From positions 3,968,001 through 4,032,000 of the forward strand of contig CM030332.1 in the NCBI GenBank assembly GCA_017654855.1: a DNA stretch of 64,000 nucleotides. Direction: 5' to 3'. The notes beneath the pieces are model-generated. The model ran no database searches and was not told where the DNA came from. It saw nothing but the letters and a program-made list of their open reading frames with translations. Source of the stretch: Podospora anserina (taxonomy: Eukaryota). Of this stretch, positions 13,401 through 24,769 are shown one piece after another (position 1 is the stretch's first letter; every line of letters begins with the position of its first letter). The translations under genes and the position numbers were made by a program.

Positions 13401-14867
13401 GAGAAGGAAGCAAATCGGATGGAGATAGAGGGGCGCGTAAAGGCACAACTTGCGCAACTGCGTGCCATCCCCAAGCGAAAGAAGCAGAATAAGAATGACG
13501 AATCGGACGAGGACAGACCGCCATCACCGCAGCTGAGCGAAGAGGAGATTGCCCAAGCAGCTCGCTGGTTCGTACCCGACTGGAATAGCACGGATAGCTG
13601 GCAGCTTCAGATTTCCAACATCGAAGAGAACCTTGCCAGGGTTTACTACGACCAGGCAAACACTGAAGATGATCTCATCTATTCCGCAGATCTTTTGGCC
13701 AGCGCGCTGTACCGACGAAAGAAGATACTCCACCCTGAAAACATGGAACTCTGGAGGACAGAAGATGAGTATCGAAGCAGAACCCAGCATCGGGATGTGA
13801 AGTACTGGCTGTTTCGGTTCGAAGCGGCAATGAAGACGTTCAAGTCTGAAGAGGACCAAGTCGCTTTCATTACAGGAGAATACCACGGCCGCCTTGTCCA
13901 GAATATGGCTAACAGCATGGTTGCCATGCGGCAATGTGTCAAGTATCACAAAGGCGAGGATTATTGGGCAGAAGACTTGAAGTGGATGTGGGAACAAGCC
14001 CACAAATACTACGGGACGATACTCTGGAATGGATTTATCAAGTGGTTCGGAGAGTCCGACTACAGGTGTCTCGAGGTGATGCGGCGGATGGTCAAGTGCC
14101 TCATTGGCTTGAAAAGATATGAAGAAGCTGAAGCACTCGCGAGAAGGTGCCTGGCGTCGAGCATTGTGGGCTATGGCGAATGTCACCAGCAAACGATCCT
14201 ATCCCTGGAAAAATTGCACGAGGCTATTGCTTGTCGACTGGGGGGTTATGATCTCGAGTCGGTTTATGTTATCAAGGAGGCTTTTCACAGGGCAGACGCC
14301 GTTTTCGGAGTAGACCACCGGCTCACGAAACGCACAGGCAAGAAAACCACCCGCGCCATGGAGAACTACCAAGAGAATCTCTCCGACTGGGCGTCAATGA
14401 GCCAAAACATCTTGACTGATGCTCACTGGGAGTATGGGGCAATGGAAGACCAGGAGACAAGAGAGGTGCTACTCGGTGAACGCGCAAAGCACCACCTCGT
14501 ATCGTACACGATACCTGACCCAAATTTCGACGCACGCCTTCGTAAGATGGCAGAAGCAAACGCAAAAGCGGTCTTGGAAGAGACGATGATGGAGGTTGAA
14601 TCAGAGGTGGCTCCAACAACAACAACAACAACAACACATACTCACTCAAGACATGTTGACATAACACCAGCAGCCACAAGCGAACCACCATCGCAAAGCA
14701 CTTCAAAATCACTTGGTCACCACCACAATCACGAGTCATTTGGCGAATCACAAGCGTCTACACTTTTCTCCCAAGCTCGAGAAGAGCAATACACATCTGA
14801 CAGCAGCAGCGGGGATACCAAAAGAAGTGGTGTAAACGATATCAAGGGAAAGTCAGTGGCAGAATAG
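10490..14867 (+). CDS. Patatin-like phospholipase-NB-ARC-TPR NLR, copy B; intact, about 1383 aa; PLP-1/PaPlp1-like allorecognition receptor
   Basis: Exons 10490-10529, 10586-10724, 10777-11079, 11147-11727 and 11779-14867 total 4152 nt and stay in frame. Motifs DGGGVRG, GTSTG, Walker A GLGGVGKT, Walker B WFLIYDN, YLPLAI, MHVLVH, and TPR-like SLGKLYHEMGRLREAELTY. Confidence 0.92.
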
Positions 14868-14940
14868 GTATATATACAGAGGCTTGAGGCTGGATACTAG
14901 TACACAAATGAATTAGAGGTTCTCATTCCATCGTTCACGC

Positions 14941-15535
14941 CTACGACTCATTCCCCTCCGTCCCCTTCTTTTGTATCGCCTGCATAAGCTCATACAACTG
15001 CCCGATTTGCTCATCTGTTCACCAAGTCAGCATTTCTCTGTAAACAAACCCCCAACAAACTCTCAAAAACAAAAACATACCACTCATCTTCTGAATCTTC
15101 CCCTCATCCAACTTCTCCCCCCTCCAAGCATCCCCCTCAACCTTCTGCGCGTACAGCTGCCACTCAGTGAGAAAGCCGATCTACTCCCAACATCAGTCTT
15201 CCATTCTCTCCTCAGACCCATCCCACATCACTCCTTGATGTTCAAGTCCCCCTTTATCTCTCCGCCCTGCTAGAAATCCTGTATCCTCAAAAAAAACAAC
15301 AAAAAAAACCAGTACTCACCAAATGAACCGGATTCTCCACGCTCCTATGCGCCCTAAACTCCGCCTTGACATACTCATCCCCCAACAACCTCATCTCCGC
15401 CGGCAGGTGCTTCCTGTGCGCCCTCAGCAACCGCCGGTACAAATAAATCGGGGGCAGCAGCGCCATCGGTGTCGGTTTGAGGCTGTTGCCCGATTGCATG
15501 GCCGCTGCCATGAGCGCTCTGGCTGTTGGTCTCAT
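14941..15535 (-). CDS. SDH7: Succinate dehydrogenase assembly factor 3 (SDH7/ACN9, LYR family)
   Basis: LYRRLLRAHRKHLPAEMRLLGDEYVKAEFRAH, then intron 15181-15319, IGFLTEWQLYAQKVEG, a second intron at about 15015-15080, and DEQIGQLYELMQAI...stop. Confidence 0.88.
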
Positions 15536-16014
15536 TGTTTCCCTTTGTGGGTGTGCTTCAGAATGACGAGAGCGAGGTTGTACTTTATGAGGCGTCTTTC
15601 ATGTTGTTGTTGATGTTGATGTTTTTCCAGTATCAAATTGCTGGTTTCTTCAACGTCGCAAAACATGATGCTGCCGAGCTGGTGGTAACGGGCCCACACA
15701 GTGTCCGTGGGTTGGGGTTTGAACGGTGCGCCGAGTGAAAAGTCAGGGGTTCAAGGGGGGTTAAGCATAAAGTCACTTCAATGTTGGGAGTCCGAGTATT
15801 CGTGAAAAGGCACCAAGACTGATCTGATACGGTCCATATTTACAAAAGAACCATGCCACCAATACTTAAACTACGCCTTCCTCGTTGTATTATTATATAC
15901 ACGTCCTACTACCATCCAAGTAGAGTCACCTTCTTGCTCAAACATGCCTCCTTCGCCATGTTATCACACCCCTTTCACCATCCAACCAGGACCTCCTTCC
16001 GGTCAAACACGCCT

Positions 16015-18363
16015 TCACCCCGACCTATCCACCGCCTCCACAATCCACTGCGCCTCTATGGCGCTCACCTTCTTCGCATAATTCTTTTGCGTATACACAT
16101 GCTCCAAAAACATAACCGCCTCCTTCTTCTGCCCGTGGAGCACACTAGCCGGGTGAACAGCCACCACATGCTTCCCATGCGCCGTCACATAACTGTTATC
16201 CGGCGCCAGAATCGCCGTCTTGAGCGCAAAACCCCTCAGGAAACACTTCAATATCACAGCGGATCTCTCTGGCGTGATAGGGTAGAAAGGCTGCGGATCC
16301 GCAGGCGGATGTTCCATCATCTTTTGCCTAACACAAAGCTGCCTCAGCTGTTTCCGAATATTCATCGCTTGCTTCATATTCCTGGTGTTGATCTTCCTGT
16401 CCTTGCACCAGCGTGCTCTATCGGCGTTCTCGGCGCTGTATTTCTGGATCGTGGTCAGGTACGTGATGAGATCACCTTCTCTCCTCCGCAACTCTTTCCT
16501 GAACTCCTCGGCTTCTTCCTTGGTCTCCTCTGACTGGATCTGAAGGAAAATGTCGTCACCTGCCGTGATGCACGAGATGATGTCGATGACCTCTAGCAGG
16601 CAGTCGTATTTTGGGGTTGCTGCTGCGATCAGAACACGAGCATATGGCGGTGGGACGGGGAACATGACCATCTTGCGCCCGATATCCGTGATGGACCCAT
16701 CATCTGCCAGCGCGCCGAGAATATGAAGATGGAGCAAAGCTTTTTCCACCGACTCAAATTCTGGGGGGTCCATGAGGGGAAAAGCCAGTACATCGTCAAT
16801 TCCTCTCGCCTTCATCGTCAGCACAGCGTTGAGCACATCCGTCCGGAGAATTTCGGGGAGGTCTGTCTTCTCAAGCGATTCGTAAGTCTCCTCTGTGTAG
16901 AGTCTGAAACACTTTCCAGGACCTTCTCTGCCAGCACGACCAGTCCTCTGAATAGCTGAAGATTTGGAGATCGGCTTGGCCAAGAGTGATTCCATGCCCA
17001 ATCGAGGTCTGTATTGCTTCACCTTCGCCTTACCACAGTCTACCACAAATCGCACACCGGGAACTGTGACTGAGGTTTCGGCGATGTTGGTAGCCAACAC
17101 GATCTTCCTGGTGTTCTTGTCCTTGGTAGGTTGGAAAGCTTTGTGCTGCGCCTCCATGGAAAGCTGGCCGAAAAGAGGCAAGACCACAACCTTGGGGACG
17201 CCAGCTGGCAATGTTTCCGCATGTTCTTCGATCAAGCGCTGGGCAGCTTCAATCTCCTCTTGACCAGTGAGGAAGGCTAGGATGTCTTTCCTTCCATGTT
17301 TGTCGAAGAGGGACTCCTGCTTGTGAATCTTGAATAGTGTGCTCAGGAGGGCTTCTTGGATATCTGGGACTGGTTTTGGCGTATGCGTGATCTCAACCGG
17401 AAACTGACGGCCTTCGATCTGGAGGAAATCCACGGAAGTTTTGGGTCTTGTCGCAGGAGGGGCACATTCTTCAGACCCTTCCAGATCGACGTCGGAAAAG
17501 AACTTCTTGATGCTGCCGACATTCGCCGTAGCACTCATGATGACGATTTTGAGCGGGATGCCGCCGCGACCAGCCTTGTCGCCAGAGAGGATCTGCTTCA
17601 GAAAACCAGATAGCAGATCAACATCGACGCTACGCTCGTGAATTTCATCCACGATGATTGCGCTGTACTGTCGGAGGTGCGGGTCGCGAAGAAGCTCTTG
17701 AAGCAGCATGCCTTCTGTGACATATTTGATCCTGGTGCCTTTCGGAACGCGGTGGTCGAAACGAACTGAATAGCCAACAATGCCGTCCGAAAGTGGGCCG
17801 TGTCTCTCCGTGTCCTTCTTCTTCCCTGGGATGTTGGCCTCCTTGGCCACGCGGTGCGCCAAGGTGGTTGCAGCGACTCGACGTGGTTGCGTGACTGCGA
17901 TCATACCTCCCACAGCCATTTCCTGCACGCCCCCATCTCCCTTGATTTTGGCCTTCTTCCTTTGACACCAGTCCTCTTGGATCAGAAATTGAGGCACTTG
18001 GGTACTCTTTCCGGAACCCGTCTCACCGACAAGAACCAAGACATCGTTTTGACGCAGCCTTTGTCGAATATCATCTTGCCGTGACCAAAGCGGGAGTGCT
18101 TGACGAGCGTCGAAATATTTTGGGTTGCCGACTAGTTTCAAACGCCCGCCTGCCTTGGGGTCTTTGCTTGTTGTCGATATTCCTTCCTTTGAGTCTGAGA
18201 GGCCCTCATTTAATGTCGACACGCCCTCTTTTGCTAGTGTGAGGGCGTCAGTTGAAGATTGCGAGGCCTCAAGCTTGGGCCTTTTCGTTAAATAACCACT
18301 CAAGTCGAGGATTTTCCCCCCCACACGAATACCGTCGCCGTCGTTTTTCCTTTTCTTGGCCAT
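16015..18363 (-). CDS. DHR2: DEAH-box ATP-dependent RNA helicase, DHR2-like
   Basis: GETGSGKST, TQPRRVAA, DEIHER, MSAT, ATNIAETSVT and QRTGRAGR. First ATG is at 18363 (MAKKRK). The subfamily assignment is inferred. Confidence 0.8.
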   Translation of the reverse strand: MAKKRKNDGDGIRVGGKILDLSGYLTKRPKLEASQSSTDALTLAKEGVSTLNEGLSDSKEGISTTSKDPKAGGRLKLVGNPKYFDARQALPLWSRQDDIRQRLRQNDVLVLVGETGSGKSTQVPQFLIQEDWCQRKKAKIKGDGGVQEMAVGGMIAVTQPRRVAATTLAHRVAKEANIPGKKKDTERHGPLSDGIVGYSVRFDHRVPKGTRIKYVTEGMLLQELLRDPHLRQYSAIIVDEIHERSVDVDLLSGFLKQILSGDKAGRGGIPLKIVIMSATANVGSIKKFFSDVDLEGSEECAPPATRPKTSVDFLQIEGRQFPVEITHTPKPVPDIQEALLSTLFKIHKQESLFDKHGRKDILAFLTGQEEIEAAQRLIEEHAETLPAGVPKVVVLPLFGQLSMEAQHKAFQPTKDKNTRKIVLATNIAETSVTVPGVRFVVDCGKAKVKQYRPRLGMESLLAKPISKSSAIQRTGRAGREGPGKCFRLYTEETYESLEKTDLPEILRTDVLNAVLTMKARGIDDVLAFPLMDPPEFESVEKALLHLHILGALADDGSITDIGRKMVMFPVPPPYARVLIAAATPKYDCLLEVIDIISCITAGDDIFLQIQSEETKEEAEEFRKELRRREGDLITYLTTIQKYSAENADRARWCKDRKINTRNMKQAMNIRKQLRQLCVRQKMMEHPPADPQPFYPITPERSAVILKCFLRGFALKTAILAPDNSYVTAHGKHVVAVHPASVLHGQKKEAVMFLEHVYTQKNYAKKVSAIEAQWIVEAVDRSG

Positions 18364-19252
18364 TTTGTCGAGTGATTTGAGGTTGTCTGGGAGAGGTTCA
18401 AGACACAAGAGTTGTGAGACTAAGATTTCTGAAGTGGTCGAACGTGATGTGATTGGCCAGACAGCTGGAGTAGGTGGGGCACCCAGTTCCGTTCTTGATG
18501 CCAAATAGATTTGAAAATTACAGTGTTATGCTTCTATGAAGGCCTTTTCAACATGGAGACATGAGAAAATTTGAACAGCACCAACAATACTTGAGAACCC
18601 GAAAAAGCATTCTGTGTTGCAACCTTAACCCAACCCCGATCATCAATAAGTGCAAGACAATATCGCATACCTGAAAACAACGTCAAGACAAATTCAGAAC
18701 GAGGGTTTATGCTGCCCATCATACTTTTCGCCGGGGCTCCTTTTTTAACTGCTTACATACTGCAAATTTTGTCGGACAGGATCACTGTCTTGGTTTTACT
18801 GTGCGATTGGCGTCAATAGTCACAAGGGGTCAAGATGTAAAGTCGTACACACACTTAGATGAAGCCAGCGAGGCAGGCTTCCCGGATGTCATGATTTGAT
18901 ACCCCGAATACAAACACTCGAAGCCTAAACTGGGTTCTATGATGATTGCTCAGATATTAAAGATGCCAGGTTGTGAAAGTATTGAATGATCATACATCAA
19001 GTGAAGTTTCATCCAAGCCAAACGCCATGAGAAATGGAAAACCACAACCAGAAGCAATGTACGTCTTGGTCTTATGTACGTTCAGACTCCAAGCTGGCAG
19101 AAATGCAACATGATAACTGGAATCACATATAAAATCACAAATTAACCAGACCGAAAACGTGAAACAAACATCATTTAGCAGAGACTACAAGGAAAACTAA
19201 ACCCGAAATATAAGCATCAGGCAACATAAACTATGCATGAGCCAACTGCATT

Positions 19253-20592
19253 TTAGGGAGAGTATTCCGCTTTCATGCGATTGTTCTGCGCACGAACTTT
19301 GTCCTTGGCAGCATCGGACTATCAAATTTTGTTAGCATGTTGATACATTCATCATAAGGAAATCGTCGACTCACCTTCACCGTTAGCCTGGTCACCTGGT
19401 TGATCTGTGCATCCGTCCGCACACTGAATCCCTTGGCCAGCATATTCATAGTCGAGACACTCAGTGCAATCTCTGTCATATCATCATCAATCTGATTGTT
19501 GAGTTCCTCTTGCTCTCCGTCATTATCCTCAAAGGCCCACTTTGAGCGATCGGCTTTGTTAAAGCCTAGGGTTGGCCGTCCCACTTGAGCAGTGGCGGCC
19601 TCCAGCTCTCGCTTCCGCAAAGCCTGCTCCTCCCGGAGCGCATCTCTATCAATCTCCCTCTCTCGCTCAGACTGAGCCTTCCTCGCTGAACGCTCGGCAA
19701 GCTTTCCTTTGCTATTTGCGGCCAAGTTGAAGAGTGACGAGTTGGCAGCGTCCAGATTGTCGAGGTGTGCGTGCGCCAAGCGAGCCTGATGCTCTGCAAC
19801 TTTGAGTTAGCATCGAGCACGAGTAAACTATAACGACATAGAACTGGAAAGCTTACTTGATTCATCGAGTTGCTGCTCAACCTTGTTGAGAATAGCCTCA
19901 TCTCTGTCATACATCTGGTGCATGCCCACCATACGCTCCACTCCTTCAGCAGCCTTCAGCCGGGCGCGAGCTGAGCTCTGGGCTGTCTCTTGAATGGTGT
20001 GGATGATTTCTCCCTTTTTGGTTTCTGCCTCGTAATCATCCTTCTCTTCCGCCGTCATGTTCTCATAATTGTCGGGAATCTCTGGACGAGGAGGTGGTGC
20101 CATTGCCGAATAGGGATCTCTCTGTTGACGCCCATCGAACAGGGGGTTTGGTTCACTCAAACCACCGTATCCTCCTTGTCTCGGGGGGGGAGCCTGAACG
20201 TTGTTGTTCTGGCCATAGCCGGCAGCATTATCGTATCTGTTGCCGCCATATCCGCTGGGGGCGCCAGGCCGATCATTCCCATATCCTATCGAAGGGCTGG
20301 ATGCAGCCGAATCATATCTCTTCTTGTTGTCTGTAAAGGCGGCATCATTCTGAGCGGAGTAAGGCGGTGGGGCGGAGCTTCCAGGACGAGGACCAGATGG
20401 TAAGCCGCCGCCGTAGCCACCGGGACGAGGACCGGACGGCAGTCCTGAAGGGACTCCGCGATTTCCGCCGTATGCAGGAGCGGACGAGTATGTGTCGCTG
20501 GACGGCGGTTGTTGCGCATAAGGGTTCACAGGTGTCTCGTTGGGCTTGTCTTTATCCGACTTGCTGCGGAATAGAGAGCTGAACTTGCCCAT
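19253..20592 (-). CDS. SEC9: Sec9/SNAP-25-like Qbc t-SNARE, about 406 aa, divergent allele
   Basis: ATG at 20592 (MGKFSSLF). N-terminus is rich in G/Y/P/N (NPYAQ, GGYGG). Introns 19794-19856 and 19319-19374. Two SNARE-length heptad helices are separated by a linker containing ADRSKWAFEDND. Confidence 0.85.
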
Positions 20593-22150
20593 GATGGGAT
20601 GCTGTGAATGGTTTAGTACGATAAACAAGACAAAAGGTTGAGTCGTCTGATGACAACGAGATGGTAAAACAGGTGTTGACAAGATGAAAAGGAAGGAAAG
20701 TATGTGATGTTAGGTGTTCAGGGGGCGTTTTGGCGTAAAGACCCCCTAACAGCTGGCGGGGCTTTGGGTGGAGCTCTGCGGCGGCGGGACGGTGGGATCC
20801 AGACGAGCTTGTGTCTTGAGACTGTTCCAGGCTGTGACCTATTCGGTAAAAGAGGAAAGCCCCTGCCTCGCAATGCTGACGACCACTTGCTTGACCGCAG
20901 TTAAGCAATTGGGGGTCGCTGTCCTAATCAACCGCCGGATCGTGACCGCCATGCAGCCACTTGGCGCTCCGCCACCAGGGATGATGCTTCAAAAGAAGGC
21001 TTCTGGAAATCCATTTTCAGCTTGTTTCTTTTCTTACCTTGTCAACCGCAGACTCCATCTTGACTTCGTGTTCATCGTCTGTTTCTTGGTCTCCTTTGAA
21101 ACAGCCTGACTTCCACTCTTCCTGCGAATCTGTCAACCCTGAAAATTGCGGCCCTTCGAGTTTCTCAGGGTCCTGTATCTCGCTGGATTGATGCAGGTCC
21201 AGTGGTGGGGGGCGCCGATGTTGCGACTGGTCCACTGCCATCTTGGCTTCGGGCTGGGGGTTTCGTCCGCTCCTATCGCTGTCGCTGGGGGGTTTGCTGG
21301 AATTGCTGGAATCACTGCACAGTGGTTCGCTGGAATAACTGAAATCGCTGCCTCGTGGCGAGAGGGGCTCCAGCTGGAGTTCTTTGATCAGCGAAGGATC
21401 CATGATGGCTCTAGATTGACGATTGACTGTTCATGGAACAAGCTGAGCGAAGTGGCTTCTCAATACAATGAAAGCCGTTCATTGAGAGAGGGTGGTGGCT
21501 TGCAAGAACAACTAAAAGTCTATCTGATAAGAAGAAAATACGACAGTACCTCAATTCAGGCGCCTTTTGCGCCTGAACAAAGGTACTGCCGTAATACGAA
21601 GCTAACGGAGAACAGGCCTTGTAACCTGGTCTCTGTTGCTGGCGACTGCCCAGTCACAGCGCGAATGCCATCCCAGGCCGCTTGCTCATTGACTGCACTT
21701 GGACCTTACATAAGTTCCCCAAATCTTGATGTGTCACTTTCGTCGGTGTGAGAGTCACCTTTTTTTTTTGTTGACGACAAATTCAAGGTGTTTGATAAGA
21801 ACACCTGAATTGATTCATCCCCTCCCACTGTTGACAGTACACCGAGTCACGAGTATCTTTATAACCCATTATCAAAATGTTTTCTTCTATTTAGATCGCC
21901 GTGATTCCCTTGCAGGCGCAGTCGAGTCCTCGTCCTTCAAGCCCTTTGCCTTAACATTGACCTGAAGCACGCATCTTCCGAGTTCAAGATGACACCACGA
22001 ATACACCTACACCTACACCGAATATATTTACTAGAAATGTCGATCAACCATACAATAGCATATCTACTCACCTAAGCACGCCTAACTCGCAGCATTTCAC
22101 AACAGCCACCTACAGATCTTACAAGGAATCGCCCCTAAAACCCAGCTCGA

Positions 22151-24769
22151 ATGTCTGTCTTTACTTTCGACCCTCTAGGGTCCGATCCAGCACGAGCGTC
22201 CTCTCCATGGCTTAAACCAACCGATCCTCACAAGAAGTCTAGTCTCGCTGCGGATCATCCGCCAACGCGGAAAGGAACCATTGGGTCAGGCCTCTTATCA
22301 GACTACGGCGTCACCAAACTGGAGCCAGAGCCGCAAGAAGGCCCAACCGAGTACAAACTGCACCTCCTGCTGAGGTCTCGGAGGAGATATGAGCATATCA
22401 GCACCGCAACACGAATATCTGGCTCCATCAACCGCCCTTCAGTCGAATCCAGAACTTCCAAGCCAGCACCAGCCCTCCCAGGCTGTTCCACCACTGCACA
22501 AACTCGACAGGACCGCCTCGAGCACCTCACTACTCAGCTCCTATGGAGGCTGCAACAGTCATGTCCGTATCACTCTGGAACTGCCACCACAGTCCCGGTG
22601 ATACCGCAGCTCCCTGACGAGAACTTCGTTCGGGACGCCCCGATCAAGCTGGGAAAACTGTTGCCGGGCCTGGAAGCTTCGAGAGGAGCTCTGTACGAGA
22701 TCGGAGTTGCAGATGACGGCACGCTTGCTGGTCTCACCAAGGATGAGCTTGACGAAAGTCTCAACACACTTCGCATCATGGCTGCCAGCTTGGGATGCAA
22801 CATGGAGGTGCTCCGCAAGGTTGCGGTTGGTGACTGCGAATGGATTGACTCATCCGACTCTGAAGAAGGGTCGTGCTCAGGACCAAAAGGTCAACGGCGA
22901 CAGGCCAGGTTGTGGGTGGCCGAGGCCCTGGTTACACCCAATCTTCGACCTAGAGATGCCAGTCATACAGGTGCGGCACGGTCAACCGGGCTCCCTGACC
23001 CGACACACGGCCCGCTATCTACGGACCAGCTGCGTGTCACACTTACAGGGCCGACGACCTCTGGAAAATCAACACTTCTCGGCGCTCTCTCGACCGGGAC
23101 GCTGGATAATGGGCGTGGGAAAAGTCGGCTTGGGTTGCTCAAGCACCTGCATGAGGTGGCCTCGGGTATCACGTCGTCTGTCACTCAGGAGCTTGTGGGA
23201 TATGATGGTGACAGGATTGTCCACTATGGCCATCAAGAAGTTGAGTCCTGGATTGACATTCACAACTACACCAAATCAGGGCGGCTTGTCTATCTGGTGG
23301 ACTCTGCAGGACACCCAAAATACCGGCGTACTATTCTTCGAGGCATTGTAGGATGGGCACCGCACTGGACTCTTCTCTGCATAGCAGCCAACAGTTACGA
23401 CATCCCCACGCTTGTTGAGCCCGCAGCGGATGCCTATGGCCCCGAACAGAGCATGGAATTGGCATCAGCCCACCTCGACCTTTGTCTACGGCTTCGGCTT
23501 CCCTTGGTTGTGGTTATGACAAAACTGGATTTGGCAAGCGTAACCATCAAGAAAACTCTCAGCAGGATCTTGTCAAGCATCAAAAAGGCCGGCCGAGTCC
23601 CCATGTTAATCAAAAGTGGACCAGCAGGGCATACCGACCTCAGCATTGTCTCGGATCAAGACGCAGCTCTCATCAAAGACGTTGCGGAAGCGCTTCGTAC
23701 AAACGACGACCCATCGGCCATCGTCCCTATCGTCCTCACCAGCGCAGTAGACGGCCGAGGAATCGGCACACTCCACGCCTTACTCCGGAGCCTACCTGTC
23801 CCCCCTACCCCAACGTCGCACGACTACATCGGTGCAGCCTTGAACCCGGAACAGCCCGCCTGCCTGTTCCACGTCGAAGATAAATACAGCCTCCCCGCCT
23901 CCTGCGCTCTTGCCACCAGCGACGCGGATCAGCAAACCGATCTAGGAACGGTAGTCGCGGGGTATCTAAGGTTTGGCAGCCTGTCGATCGGGGACAAGAT
24001 CGTGGTTGGCCCTTTTCCTTCCGAGGATGCTGCCGGCTCACCACCGCGTGACCAGTCCCCGGCGGGAAGTTATGGGCTTTCTTTGTCGCATCCGTCGTCT
24101 AATGAACTGAACCGGATCGCTGCTAGGAATGCGGTTTCTGCTTCGGCGATTAAAGGGGAGTGGCACACTGCGAGTATTGTGAGCATACATAACTTGAGGC
24201 TGCCGGTGCAGACGCTTGAGGCGGGGCAGGTTGGGTCTATTGGGATTATTTTTGATCAGGTCAGGGGTGAGGATGGCGGGGTTCCTATGGGGACGCCGAG
24301 GTTGAGGAAGGGGATGGTGTTGGCGGTGCCGAGCCAGCATATGGTTTCTTCTGGGCTGTCGCTTCAGGCTGTTAGTGGGTTGACGGCGGTGTTTGACGGT
24401 GATAATGCTTCTGTTAGCGAGCTGACGGTGGGGAGTTTGGTGAATATCTATGTTGCTAGTGTGAGGACCGCGGCGAGGGTGTCACGGGTGTCGAGAGTGC
24501 AAGCTCCAGGAAGGAGAGACAAGGGGAGGTCGCCAACGGATGATATGGATGACGTATTTGGCCTAGGGGGAGATGACAACGCCGCTCAGCAAGGGCAGTC
24601 GGAGGTGAGGGTTGGGGTTGAGAATGGGGAGGTGGAGGTTCAGCTGGATTTGATGAATACACGGGAGTGGGTTGAGCTTGGGAGTAAGATTTTGGTGCTG
24701 GAGGGGAGGAATAGGGATCGGTCGGGACTGGAGGGGTTCGTAGGGAAGGTGGTTGAGATTTCGGAGTGA
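22151..24769 (+). CDS. GTPBP1/GTPBP2-like translational GTPase
   Basis: N-terminal EYKLHLL...LLWRLQ...ALYEIGVADDG. G motifs GPTTSGKST, HLHEVASGITSS, DSAGH, TKLD and SAVD. EF-Tu-like domain II GTVVAGYLRFG. Confidence 0.85.
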   Translation: MSVFTFDPLGSDPARASSPWLKPTDPHKKSSLAADHPPTRKGTIGSGLLSDYGVTKLEPEPQEGPTEYKLHLLLRSRRRYEHISTATRISGSINRPSVESRTSKPAPALPGCSTTAQTRQDRLEHLTTQLLWRLQQSCPYHSGTATTVPVIPQLPDENFVRDAPIKLGKLLPGLEASRGALYEIGVADDGTLAGLTKDELDESLNTLRIMAASLGCNMEVLRKVAVGDCEWIDSSDSEEGSCSGPKGQRRQARLWVAEALVTPNLRPRDASHTGAARSTGLPDPTHGPLSTDQLRVTLTGPTTSGKSTLLGALSTGTLDNGRGKSRLGLLKHLHEVASGITSSVTQELVGYDGDRIVHYGHQEVESWIDIHNYTKSGRLVYLVDSAGHPKYRRTILRGIVGWAPHWTLLCIAANSYDIPTLVEPAADAYGPEQSMELASAHLDLCLRLRLPLVVVMTKLDLASVTIKKTLSRILSSIKKAGRVPMLIKSGPAGHTDLSIVSDQDAALIKDVAEALRTNDDPSAIVPIVLTSAVDGRGIGTLHALLRSLPVPPTPTSHDYIGAALNPEQPACLFHVEDKYSLPASCALATSDADQQTDLGTVVAGYLRFGSLSIGDKIVVGPFPSEDAAGSPPRDQSPAGSYGLSLSHPSSNELNRIAARNAVSASAIKGEWHTASIVSIHNLRLPVQTLEAGQVGSIGIIFDQVRGEDGGVPMGTPRLRKGMVLAVPSQHMVSSGLSLQAVSGLTAVFDGDNASVSELTVGSLVNIYVASVRTAARVSRVSRVQAPGRRDKGRSPTDDMDDVFGLGGDDNAAQQGQSEVRVGVENGEVEVQLDLMNTREWVELGSKILVLEGRNRDRSGLEGFVGKVVEISE

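Noticed and set aside
21146-21751. 201-aa plus-strand ORF
   Set aside because: Non-ATG start, no motifs, and it overlaps the minus-strand orphan ORF.
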